Assembly (NCBI GenBank): GCA_034927475.1
Contig: JAYFPW010000006.1
Location: 9,197-73,196 of the forward strand
DNA: 64,000 nt
Reading direction: 5' to 3'
Source: Candidatus Elulimicrobiales bacterium
GTDB taxonomy: Bacteria; Patescibacteriota; Minisyncoccia; Phycocordibacterales; UBA5272
In this document: piece after piece, positions 9,389 to 18,731 of the stretch
Layout of the letters: each line of letters starts with the position of its first letter
Numbering within the stretch: position 1 is the stretch's first letter
Notes under the pieces: generated by a model
Seen by the model: the letters and a program-made list of their open reading frames with translations, nothing else
Database searches by the model: none
Told to the model about the DNA's origin: nothing
Position numbers and translations under genes: made by a program

Positions 9389-10888
9389 CTATTTTCCAGT
9401 TAGTGACCAATGAACATTATCAGTTGTTCCTAGTTTATTATAAAAACCCCATCTACCACCATTTTCTTTAAGCCATAAAAATTCTTTTGTATTACAAGCT
9501 CCCACCTTTCCGCAACCTCCTATACTTGCATTTGTTAGATCTATCGCGGTACCATTTGAATGATTCGAACCGTTTCCGCCCATACTACAAGGTGTAGCCA
9601 CAGCACTCTTTCCTTTCATTTGATTATATAAACAAACTTGGGCGGCATCATCTCTATATCCAACATAAGCTTCTAATTTTATATTGGCCTCTGACAATGC
9701 AGCTGCTTGCATTTCTTTAAATTTTTGAGCAACGTCTTTTCTTAAATAGATTGGTCCAGCGGGAACACAACCACCATCTCTTTTTGTACCAACTTGTTCT
9801 AATTGATCATTTGTTAAGGCTACACAACCACCTTTACCACCATTGCTTGAAAAAAGCGACATACTTTCTGCTAATTCTTTCTGATATTCCACACAATATT
9901 GTGGAGCTGCTAAATTTGCTAAACGAGAACATCTTCCACCAACCTGACCACAATATCTACTATCCACAATTTCTCTAGCTACTCCCATATAATCTCCCAC
10001 ATCTAAGGCTTTTTTAAGATTTACAAAGCTAGATATACCACCAGACCCCATATTAAAAGTCATATTAATTAAAACGTTTTGGATATTTTCAGGGTGTTCA
10101 CTGAATCTTGATTGTCCTCCAGCAAAAGCTATAGCCATTTGTTTATGTGACTCAAAATCAGCCTCTAAAAGCTTTTTAATGTGCCTTTCTTCAATGGTTA
10201 CAGTTCTGTCGTAATTAAGAAGTTTGTTTACAGTATCCTCAGGTATTTCAGCTCTAAGTAAGTCGTTTTTAACAGTAGCCGCATCCGCTCTTTTTAAATT
10301 AAAACCAACTCCAATACTAGGGTTTCCTGTCGTGTCTGTGTAGATACTATTTCTGCTACCTTCGTCCTGCATGAGCATATCCATAATATTATTTGGACTT
10401 TTATATTTATCATTAGGATTACAAGTTTCAGTGTTAGGAGACATTCTTCTTAATGCGGTATTTGCGTATTTTGTCGCCAAGGTCCAACCTGTTAATTTAG
10501 GGTTGATAAAAGATAAAATCGCATAAGAGAAAATAAAAATTATTAAAGCTATTCCTGCATTTTGTATAAAACTCCTACCTTTTGTTTGTTGATAAATATT
10601 ATCTAAAGTTCCTTTTATAACAGCTCCTTGTATTACACGAAAAACAATTAAAACTATAATAACTACAGCCAAAATAGTTAAAAGATAATTCATTGTACTA
10701 GAAATTCCTCCTGTGTCAGTGTTGTCAAAGGTGGTAGAACTAGATGTACCATCAAAAGAAGAAACATAGTCATAGGTTTCCTGTCTAGAATAAACATCGG
10801 TTTGGTCCTGGCTTTGATTTTGAGAAAAAGAAATATTAAAAGAAAAGAGTGTAAAAATCAAAAAGAAAAAAACAAAAAACTTTTTCAT
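9389..10888 (-). CDS. Membrane-anchored dual peptidoglycan hydrolase: pilin-like TM pair, GH24/T4-like lysozyme and M15B (VanY-like) peptidase
   Basis: DEGSRNSIYTDTTGNPSIGVG (phage lysozyme E-x8-D pattern), NMTFNMG; GYRDDAAQ...SNHSNGTAIDL...DNVHW (SxHxxGxAxD). Confidence 0.82.
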   Translation of the reverse strand: MKKFFVFFFLIFTLFSFNISFSQNQSQDQTDVYSRQETYDYVSSFDGTSSSTTFDNTDTGGISSTMNYLLTILAVVIIVLIVFRVIQGAVIKGTLDNIYQQTKGRSFIQNAGIALIIFIFSYAILSFINPKLTGWTLATKYANTALRRMSPNTETCNPNDKYKSPNNIMDMLMQDEGSRNSIYTDTTGNPSIGVGFNLKRADAATVKNDLLRAEIPEDTVNKLLNYDRTVTIEERHIKKLLEADFESHKQMAIAFAGGQSRFSEHPENIQNVLINMTFNMGSGGISSFVNLKKALDVGDYMGVAREIVDSRYCGQVGGRCSRLANLAAPQYCVEYQKELAESMSLFSSNGGKGGCVALTNDQLEQVGTKRDGGCVPAGPIYLRKDVAQKFKEMQAAALSEANIKLEAYVGYRDDAAQVCLYNQMKGKSAVATPCSMGGNGSNHSNGTAIDLTNASIGGCGKVGACNTKEFLWLKENGGRWGFYNKLGTTDNVHWSLTGK

Positions 10889-10917
10889 ATATGACTATAT
10901 TTTAACACAAGAATAAG

Positions 10918-11688
10918 CTAATTTTGCTTCAATAGAAAATTTAAAAGAGTTTCCCCTTTTTGTAAAAGTTTAGAATCGTTAGTTATTGTTAAACCTATAC
11001 CAAAATCTCCATAAGCTGTCACTGGTGCTCTATAATCAAAAACATTGGAGCGGTTTATGTTGCCAGGAATACCATTTAAAGACCATGTATAGCTTAAATT
11101 TTCATCTCTAGGAGATTTGGCTGAGAAGAAATATGGTTCTGCTAAAATCTCAAGAGACTCACCTCTATTAACCGCATAATGTTCATATTTTTTATTTAAA
11201 GCGTTGGAGTAAGTAATAATAGGGCTAGAGCTTTTTTTATACAAAATAGGTGTAATTTTTTTAGGATAAATTCTAATAATTTTCTCAGCTAGAAGATTTT
11301 CTTGTCTATTATTTTCATAAACTTTTAACCTGATAACATTCTCAGTTTTTAAAGGATCAAGAGTAATATAAATAATATTTCCTCCAGTTTTTGAATAGTT
11401 GTGCACATAATAGTCATTATATGTCCAAGCGTAAAAGAGTTTACTTTTATCCAAAACTCCAACAGGGGTAAAAATTTCTGCGTCAGCAATAGCTTTTATA
11501 TCGGCTTGTTCAGCTGCCAAACTCTTACCTTCATAAAAAGGAGGTGTATAACTATTTAAAACTTCCCAATCTATAGTGACTTTAGAAGAGATAGTATATA
11601 CCTGTGCTTTTATTATTGAAAAAGTGGCTATAAATAAGAAAGTAAATACTAAAAACAAAAAAGAGAAATATCTTTTATTTTTTTTCAT
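10918..11688 (-). CDS. Secreted hypothetical protein (CPR T4SS-cluster associated, Ig/PKD-like)
   Basis: Signal peptide; YTPPFYEGK, AEPYFFS and YTWSLNG; lies downstream of the VirB4-like gene. Confidence 0.7.
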   Translation of the reverse strand: MKKNKRYFSFLFLVFTFLFIATFSIIKAQVYTISSKVTIDWEVLNSYTPPFYEGKSLAAEQADIKAIADAEIFTPVGVLDKSKLFYAWTYNDYYVHNYSKTGGNIIYITLDPLKTENVIRLKVYENNRQENLLAEKIIRIYPKKITPILYKKSSSPIITYSNALNKKYEHYAVNRGESLEILAEPYFFSAKSPRDENLSYTWSLNGIPGNINRSNVFDYRAPVTAYGDFGIGLTITNDSKLLQKGETLLNFLLKQN

Positions 11689-11707
11689 TAAATATATTAT
11701 ATCAGAA

Positions 11708-13540
11708 TTATGCGGCCCGTTGTCTTTTTTTCTTAGCTTCCAAAAGCTGTGCCGGATTAGTTGTAACTATTTGATCTTCAACATAAGAAGAAATAACTTT
11801 TATAGCCACATGTTTTTGCCCAGCAAAGAATATTCCTTCCCCTACTCCAGAACTAAGTAATAAATACTTTTCTTCATCTGTAAGATTAAAAGTTTTTTGG
11901 ACCAGATCTATACTAGAAGGAGATTGTTTTAAAAGTAAAAGCATACTTGAGTTAGTAATAATAGGTAAACCGTAAGCTGAACGCAAAAAGTCTCCTACGT
12001 CTTGAGAAATTACAGACAAACCTAAATAATATTTTCTTCCCCTTTTTGCCATTCCAAACAAAAAGGATGCAGTGTCTTCATTTTTCATCATTATCCAAGC
12101 CTCGTCTATAATTAAAAGCCTTTTCTTTAACTCTTTTCTAATCTCTCCCCAAATATAATGAGTAATAATATACATAGCGACAGGCTTAAGCTCATCCTCC
12201 ATGTCACGAATAGAAAAACAGATTAATTTTTTATTAATATCAATATTAGAAGGTTGCCCAATAAATCCTGACCAGACCCCTTCTGTATATTTAGAAAGTC
12301 TTTGTAAAACACTTTCAGATCCCTCAATACCAGAAAGTACTTCAGCAAAATCTCCTAAGACAGGAAATTCTATACCATCTAAACTTTCGGTTGCCGAGGT
12401 TATATCTTTTATCGCATAAGTTTCTGTTAAAGCTCTATCGACAATAGAATCCTCTTCAGGAGTAAGTCCGCCAAGCATTACTCGCATGAGCCCTACCAAG
12501 TGAATAATATTACTTCTCAAAACATCACCAACAGATTCATCTTCTCCGGGTATTGCTAAATCGAAAGGATTAATGTGATGATCTGAATTTAAAGATATAT
12601 TAAAATATCTACCACCAACAGATTCCGCTAAATATTCATACTCTCTTTCAGGGTCGATGATAATAACATTGGTATCAAACATTAAAGTACGTAAAATTTC
12701 AAGTTTTGTGTAATAAGATTTACCAGATCCAGAAGTAGCAAAAACCATACTGTTGTAGTTCTCAAGAGAAAATCTATCAAATAAAATTAAAGAGCCATTA
12801 TGTCTATTTAAACCATATAAAATACCACTATTTGTTGAAAGGTCGAAAGAAAGAAATGGAAAGAAAGAAGAAAGTGGAGAAGTATTTAGCTGAGTAGTGA
12901 TTTTTATTTCATCTACACAAAAAGGCATTATAGTTTTTAAAGCTTCAGCTTGCTGAAAGAGAGCTGGTCTTAAATAAATAAGCTTACTTTCTAAAATATT
13001 TTTAATTTCAGTTTCTACTTTTTTTAATTCATCATCGGTATCTCCAAAAATCGTAATATAAAGACCAACTTCAAACATCTTTTCACTGGATTGTTGAAGA
13101 GAGTCTCTCAAGTCTTCCAGGTCTCTTAAAGCTGTTTCTAATTTTGGATCACGAACTTCACCTTTTTCTTGCTTTACATAAATTTGACTCTCTATTTCTA
13201 CCACTTTCTTTTGAAATTTTTTCATCATTTCAGCTGTAGCTAAAGGGGTGATATGAATAGAAACATTAAAAATTTTGTCTAGATTAATAATTGGGGCCAA
13301 CCAAGAATCATCTAAATATCTAGGATAAGATATAACAAAAAAACTTTTAGCTAATTTTCCAGAAAGATTTAATTGTTGTGCGTCGACTTTTAAGCCGGCT
13401 GGAGCTATAAAATTTTTCAATTCTGAACTAGCCTCATCATAAACTTCTTCTTTAGAAGGTTCTTCATTTAAATTTTGTTTATTATTTTTTGAAAAAATAT
13501 CTAAAATACCCATAGCTTTATAATTTTTTTGTATTAACAT
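11708..13540 (-). CDS. virB4: VirB4/TraC-like type IV secretion ATPase (start possibly 13513)
   Basis: Walker A ATSGSGKS, IIIDPEREY, INPFD, Walker B LLIIDEAW, RGRKY and SQD. Confidence 0.9.
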   Translation of the reverse strand: MLIQKNYKAMGILDIFSKNNKQNLNEEPSKEEVYDEASSELKNFIAPAGLKVDAQQLNLSGKLAKSFFVISYPRYLDDSWLAPIINLDKIFNVSIHITPLATAEMMKKFQKKVVEIESQIYVKQEKGEVRDPKLETALRDLEDLRDSLQQSSEKMFEVGLYITIFGDTDDELKKVETEIKNILESKLIYLRPALFQQAEALKTIMPFCVDEIKITTQLNTSPLSSFFPFLSFDLSTNSGILYGLNRHNGSLILFDRFSLENYNSMVFATSGSGKSYYTKLEILRTLMFDTNVIIIDPEREYEYLAESVGGRYFNISLNSDHHINPFDLAIPGEDESVGDVLRSNIIHLVGLMRVMLGGLTPEEDSIVDRALTETYAIKDITSATESLDGIEFPVLGDFAEVLSGIEGSESVLQRLSKYTEGVWSGFIGQPSNIDINKKLICFSIRDMEDELKPVAMYIITHYIWGEIRKELKKRLLIIDEAWIMMKNEDTASFLFGMAKRGRKYYLGLSVISQDVGDFLRSAYGLPIITNSSMLLLLKQSPSSIDLVQKTFNLTDEEKYLLLSSGVGEGIFFAGQKHVAIKVISSYVEDQIVTTNPAQLLEAKKKRQRAA

Positions 13541-14105
13541 CTAACTCATTTGGATTAAATAATTTATAAAATAGTCCAACAATTTCTTCCGTGTCTATCA
13601 GTTTTAATTTTAATCCTAAAGCGGTAAGTCCGCTAACCACAATAGAAACTCTTTGCATTAATTGATTTTCATTTTTTATAAAATCCATTTCATTCATTCT
13701 TTTTGTATTTCCAACAAGTGTTGGAATATCATAAGGAACAACTATGTAAAAATTTTTCGTCATAATATTTTGTTCCTCAGTAAATTTTTGTATAAAATCC
13801 GTATATTCTTTTATTTGAATCTTTAAAAGCTCTTCAGAAGCCTCTCTTTCCCTCTCCTTTAAACTTTTTATATAATCACGAATGTCAATTTTTTTAGATT
13901 GAACAAAAATTTGAACATTAAAATCCAAAGAGTTTAAAAAGCTTTGAAAAGCGGTAATAATTCCCATTTGTTCATCCTCACTTTTTAAAGACAAGTTTAA
14001 AGAAGTGGTCGAAAGAATAGCTCTCATGTTGCCACTATTTAAAATAATCACCCCGCTTCTAATTTCTCTAATTGGGACAAAATTTTGAGAAGAGTTTTTT
14101 GCCAT
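13518..14105 (-). CDS. T4SS-associated protein (TraC/VirB4 N-terminal-like module) between the PrgI-like and VirB4-like genes
   Basis: LNLSLKSEDEQ...FQSFLNSLDFNVQI...KNFYIVVPY; synteny. Confidence 0.72.
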   Translation of the reverse strand: MAKNSSQNFVPIREIRSGVIILNSGNMRAILSTTSLNLSLKSEDEQMGIITAFQSFLNSLDFNVQIFVQSKKIDIRDYIKSLKEREREASEELLKIQIKEYTDFIQKFTEEQNIMTKNFYIVVPYDIPTLVGNTKRMNEMDFIKNENQLMQRVSIVVSGLTALGLKLKLIDTEEIVGLFYKLFNPNELDVNTKKL

Positions 14106-14134
14106 GCTTCTATTATAGCATCAGAAAATAGATA

Positions 14135-14614
14135 CTAAGAATTTTTTGTCTGATTTCTTTTAATAAGTTCTTCTCTTAAATTGACAGCGTGTTTTTTATC
14201 TTCGTCTAAAATATCTAATTTTCCAGACAACTCTCTAATTTTATCAAAAGGACTTTTTTCTTCCTCAATTTTATTTTTCTTTAAAAGATCGATAGCTCTT
14301 AAGTCTTTTTTAGGCTCTTCTTTTTCGATTTTTTTCTCTTGATACCAAACATAAGTTTTGTTTCCAATTAAAAATTTATAAGCTGATTCTAAAATGTCAG
14401 CAAAAGGTCTATTATTTATTTTGACAAAAGCTAGAGCCACAAAAGTTCCAGAAAAAATAAGAATTAAAGGCACAGCTATAATTTTTGCAGGAATAATTCT
14501 CCAAAAAAGATATCCAAAAGCTATAGCCCCCAACAGATACCCAAATTGTTTGAGAGTAAAAGGACCAAAAATCTTATCTTCAATGTCCAAGAATTGAGGA
14601 AGTCTAAATTGCAT
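14135..14614 (-). CDS. PrgI-family (VirB3-like) membrane protein
   Basis: PQFLDIEDKIFGPFTLKQF, two TM helices, KINNRPF. Confidence 0.85.
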   Translation of the reverse strand: MQFRLPQFLDIEDKIFGPFTLKQFGYLLGAIAFGYLFWRIIPAKIIAVPLILIFSGTFVALAFVKINNRPFADILESAYKFLIGNKTYVWYQEKKIEKEEPKKDLRAIDLLKKNKIEEEKSPFDKIRELSGKLDILDEDKKHAVNLREELIKRNQTKNS

Positions 14615-14644
14615 GTTTATATTCTATCATTTTTAGCAAAGAAT

Positions 14645-15781
14645 CTAAAAAGCTTCTCTATAGGGATCAAAATTTTCATCAACACTTTCTGGAATCTCTT
14701 CAGACAAAGTACTTTTATAATAGTCATTATTTTTAGCTTTTTGAATTTCTATCTCCTCTTTCTCTCTTTGTTGTCTTAAGGTATCTAAATTTGTTTTCTC
14801 ATCCTCATTTGCAGACAGCTTCTCTTTTAAGTTTTCGACAAGTATTTGACTGAAATCTTCATTTTTGAGAGCTAAAGGATTTTCTTCTGGATATTCTAAT
14901 TCTTCTTCAATTTCCTTTCTCTTAGTCTCCTCTTCTTTTTCTTTGTTTCTTATTTCAGCAACCCTTTCTTCCTCTCTTTTTTCTTTAGCTAAAACTCTTT
15001 GCATTCTTTCATCTTCCTCTCTTTTAATTTGAATCATTCTTTCTTTTATTTTATCCGTATCAGACACATTCTGCATATTTATTTTTGCCAACAAAGAATC
15101 TCTATTCATTTCTTGAACCTTTTTTTCTTCTTCTTTCTTTTTTTCTTCCTCTTTAATAAGCTCTTGTTCAGTCTTCTCTCTTTCTTTATACTGAATTAGA
15201 GGTTCCCCTTTGCCAGTTATAGTACCAGTTCTTTGTAGAAGAATTTTTCTTAGCTCTTCTTTTTCAGCTTCTTCCCTTTTTTCTTTTAAAGTAAGATGTC
15301 TTATTTCTCTTTTGTTTTCAAGTTTACTTTCTAAAATATTTTTACGAATATCAGTAAGAATATAAGTGTCTATACTTTTCAAAATCGAACTTGCTGTAAA
15401 AGATTCCAGCATGATACCGCTAGAGCTAAAACTTTCAACCAGAGTTTCTTTGGCTTCATTAATAGGAAGAAGCCCAACTAAAATTGAAACAGCAATATTT
15501 TCAACAATAACTCTCGCTTTTTCTCCTTCTAATTTTTCTATTTTGCAAATCAAGCGAACACTCTCTTCAAGCTTGTCTCCTAAAATATAGTCTTGTATCA
15601 CTTTTGAAGAATTTGAAAAAGCGGTATCAAATTGAGTAAGGACAATATTTTCATTTTTTTGTGGAGGTTTTTCAGGTTCCTTTTCAGGATTTAAAAAATC
15701 ATAGTCAAAGTCAGCCTCCGTTTCATTTAAAGAATAATCGCCCTCTTTTAGTTCTAAAGCTAATTTATTTTCTTCCGACAT
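14645..15781 (-). CDS. Hypothetical acidic/coiled-coil protein in the T4SS block
   Basis: 378 aa, E/K-rich; C-terminal DPYREAF motif. Confidence 0.7.
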   Translation of the reverse strand: MSEENKLALELKEGDYSLNETEADFDYDFLNPEKEPEKPPQKNENIVLTQFDTAFSNSSKVIQDYILGDKLEESVRLICKIEKLEGEKARVIVENIAVSILVGLLPINEAKETLVESFSSSGIMLESFTASSILKSIDTYILTDIRKNILESKLENKREIRHLTLKEKREEAEKEELRKILLQRTGTITGKGEPLIQYKEREKTEQELIKEEEKKKEEEKKVQEMNRDSLLAKINMQNVSDTDKIKERMIQIKREEDERMQRVLAKEKREEERVAEIRNKEKEEETKRKEIEEELEYPEENPLALKNEDFSQILVENLKEKLSANEDEKTNLDTLRQQREKEEIEIQKAKNNDYYKSTLSEEIPESVDENFDPYREAF

Positions 15782-15815
15782 AAAATAATTATATCAAATA
15801 AATTAGGTTTTTTAA

Positions 15816-18659
15816 TTAAGAGGCGTTTTTTAGAGGTTCCTCAGGTGTCATATTTTTAGTTTTTGTATTAGTATTTTCTCCAGTTTTTTCTCGTAAGTGT
15901 TCAATAATTCTTTTTTTACTTGCAAAATTTGCTTGCTTAAATTCATCTCCAAACTGTTGCTCATTATTGTCTAGTATTTCCCTTACAGTATTACTTTGAA
16001 TAGTTTTTGGAGCTTCTGCTGTACTTTTTGTGCCACCACGATTTACTACGACAACTTCAGGTTTGCTAGAAGTTTTTTTCTCTTTAATATCAGAGCTCTC
16101 TTTTTTTTCTTTTCCCAGTTTTGATTTTCTCTCCAATCTCTCCCTTTCTCTTTCAGATACTCTAAAGTCTGCTAAAACTTTGGAAAGGCTCATATAGGCT
16201 TCTCTCGGATTGAGTTCTTTTAATGCATTTAAGAATTCAGTTTTTAATTTTTCGTTTTCAGGTTTTTCTAGATTTTGTGAAAAATAGTTCTCTCCTTTAC
16301 CTTCTTTTAGAAATTCTTTATCTATAGAAGCTTTTATCTCTTCTTCTTTGTTTTTCATACTCTCAGCACCTGTGCCAGGGTTATCTTTAAAAGTTTGATT
16401 AACATCCTGGAGGAGGTTTTGGGATTTTTTATCTCCAAATAAATCTTTTTCTAATTCCCCTTTCCTCTTTTCTGAATTTCCTAGTACAGTATTCCAGTGC
16501 TTTTTATCAGACTCAGAAATATCTTTTTCGCTTAATTTTTTTCTAGCATAAGCTATATCAGACTGAACTGTACGCAACTCCGATTTCTTTTGTACATTTT
16601 CTTCCAAAGCTTGTTTGTTAGGATTTTTCTTTCCAATATTTCTTGCGTCAAACGAAGAGGTGCTTAATGTCCTGTCAAGCTGACGTCCTCCAGCGGCTAA
16701 TATTTGATTTACACGCTTAGTTCCATCTTCATTTTTTCTTATCCAACCTTGGAATTTGTCCGAATTTGATACAGCTGTAGCTCCACGTCTCATAACAGCC
16801 CCCGTGGTACCAAGTGCAAAATTACCTACAAAGCCACCTACTTTTCCAGCGACTTGACCACCAAGATCAGAACTCATTTTTTTAGAAACTGTAATAGCTA
16901 ATTGTAAAACTACTATAATAATTGCGGAAGCCACACTAGCCCCCATAAAAGTATTTCCTGCTTCACCAGCTCCAGCCATACCAGTAGAAAGTGAATTTAA
17001 TTGAGGATTATTTTGTAAAGAATCTCTAATGGCAGCACCTATTTGTAAAGCTATCAAAACTATAAACATAAAAATCGGAGCAGAGATTACAGAAGTGGTA
17101 AAGCTTTTAATTACCATGTCTCTATATTTATCAATATATTCATTTATACCAGCAGGTAAAAGCATTAATGGAGAAAAAATTAAAACTAGAAGTAAAATTA
17201 TGGCTCGCATAAGTAGTAGAACCATACCTTGAACCAACACGAGAACAGCTACACCATTAATAACTATTTTTATGGCTTGGAATAAAGTAAAACCCCAATC
17301 AGCTCTAGCTGCTCCCAAAGATCTAGTATCGATAGCTAAAACATCAGCCAAAGCATCACCCAAAGTTTCTCCAGGATTATGCATACTTCTATAAATATAA
17401 ATAGAAAGAACGTTTGTTTGATCTATAATCCAGCCAACAATAGCAAAAGAGAAATATACAAATAGAGCTGTAATTAAAATTCTTGGAAGTATTTTTTTAA
17501 TTTTAGAAGTGTCATTATCAATAAGCATTCTAATAAGCATGTAAAACACTATAGGCAGAAGTAGGGATGTTACTAAAGATAAAATAACATTCCTCCAAAC
17601 TAAATAAGCATTTGAATTAACTACCCAGTCATTAAAATTGTAAATACTAAAACGGACAACCCAGTCAAAAATTCCACCAACAAGTTTTGTTAGTCCTTGT
17701 AGTAAAGAATTTATTCCTTCTAAAACTAGATTTACTAAATAAGCCGCAACAGAACAGTTTGGACTTTGCATAACACCCCAAAGACCTGTCGCCTCACAAA
17801 CAGTTGGGGTTTCGTAAGATTCCACCATAACTTCCCCTGAAGGGTTAGTTATAGGACTAGAGGGATTAGTTTTAGGTCCCCCACTAGTTTCTGTTGGGAC
17901 AAAAAAGGTTTCTCCTTTATAAGGAAACTCTGCACCAGTTTTTTCGGCGTCGCTCAAAGTCTTTTTATCTTCACCTCCCAACCAATTCCAACCAGAAGGA
18001 TTTTCGGTTTGATTTTTTATTTCATTTGCAATATCTTTAATACCTTGAGGTATTTTTTCTAACTCTAACACAGTCCGGCCTTCTGTAAGAAAGTCATTAA
18101 TTTCTCTATATATATAGATACGCATTAATTTTGCTGAAGCCCCATCAACATCACCCTCAACAAAGTTATTGGAGACAGCCGAATTTTTCATTTTATTATA
18201 AATAGATAAATAGCTATTGTTGTGAATAGTTTTTGCCTGGTCAAATATCTCTAATAAATATTTTTTAGCCTCAGGGTAAGACGTGGAATCTACAGCATCT
18301 AATTGGTTTTTATATCCAGTAAATAATGAGTCGTATTTAGAAGAGTTATCTGTCTCATTTTTTTTAATTTTCTCTTCAACTTGATTTTGAATAGAAAGAA
18401 GATCTGATGATGGTATTGGTATGTAATCAGTAGAGTATGAGCCAGCACCAAAACTTCCACCTGGAATATATGTGCTTTCTACTTTATAAGATGTTGTTGC
18501 CGTCATCAAAACAGACGTGTCTTTATTGTCTAACTTTATTCCAACAACTATTTTGGCTTCCGTGTTTTTTATACCTAAACTAAAAAATCCTAGAACTATA
18601 AATAAAATAATTCCAAGTGTTTTTGTGGAGAAAATAGAAGAAAACTTTTTCCTTTTCAT
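15816..18659 (-). CDS. Large VirB6/TrbL-like polytopic membrane protein
   Basis: Signal peptide, extracellular domain, multi-TM core (RAIILLLVLIFSPLMLL) and charged C-terminal tail; upstream of the PrgI-like and VirB4-like genes. Confidence 0.75.
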   Translation of the reverse strand: MKRKKFSSIFSTKTLGIILFIVLGFFSLGIKNTEAKIVVGIKLDNKDTSVLMTATTSYKVESTYIPGGSFGAGSYSTDYIPIPSSDLLSIQNQVEEKIKKNETDNSSKYDSLFTGYKNQLDAVDSTSYPEAKKYLLEIFDQAKTIHNNSYLSIYNKMKNSAVSNNFVEGDVDGASAKLMRIYIYREINDFLTEGRTVLELEKIPQGIKDIANEIKNQTENPSGWNWLGGEDKKTLSDAEKTGAEFPYKGETFFVPTETSGGPKTNPSSPITNPSGEVMVESYETPTVCEATGLWGVMQSPNCSVAAYLVNLVLEGINSLLQGLTKLVGGIFDWVVRFSIYNFNDWVVNSNAYLVWRNVILSLVTSLLLPIVFYMLIRMLIDNDTSKIKKILPRILITALFVYFSFAIVGWIIDQTNVLSIYIYRSMHNPGETLGDALADVLAIDTRSLGAARADWGFTLFQAIKIVINGVAVLVLVQGMVLLLMRAIILLLVLIFSPLMLLPAGINEYIDKYRDMVIKSFTTSVISAPIFMFIVLIALQIGAAIRDSLQNNPQLNSLSTGMAGAGEAGNTFMGASVASAIIIVVLQLAITVSKKMSSDLGGQVAGKVGGFVGNFALGTTGAVMRRGATAVSNSDKFQGWIRKNEDGTKRVNQILAAGGRQLDRTLSTSSFDARNIGKKNPNKQALEENVQKKSELRTVQSDIAYARKKLSEKDISESDKKHWNTVLGNSEKRKGELEKDLFGDKKSQNLLQDVNQTFKDNPGTGAESMKNKEEEIKASIDKEFLKEGKGENYFSQNLEKPENEKLKTEFLNALKELNPREAYMSLSKVLADFRVSERERERLERKSKLGKEKKESSDIKEKKTSSKPEVVVVNRGGTKSTAEAPKTIQSNTVREILDNNEQQFGDEFKQANFASKKRIIEHLREKTGENTNTKTKNMTPEEPLKNAS

Positions 18660-18680
18660 TTATTTATTTTATCATAAATA

Positions 18681-18717
18681 AAAAACAAAAAGCGGAAAAT
18701 TCCGCTTTTTGTTTTTT
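18681..18717. terminator. Bidirectional intrinsic terminator-like hairpin
   Basis: aaaaacaaaaagcggaa-aa-ttccgctttttgttttt inverted repeat. Confidence 0.7.
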
Positions 18718-18731
18718 AAAAGAAAGCAATA

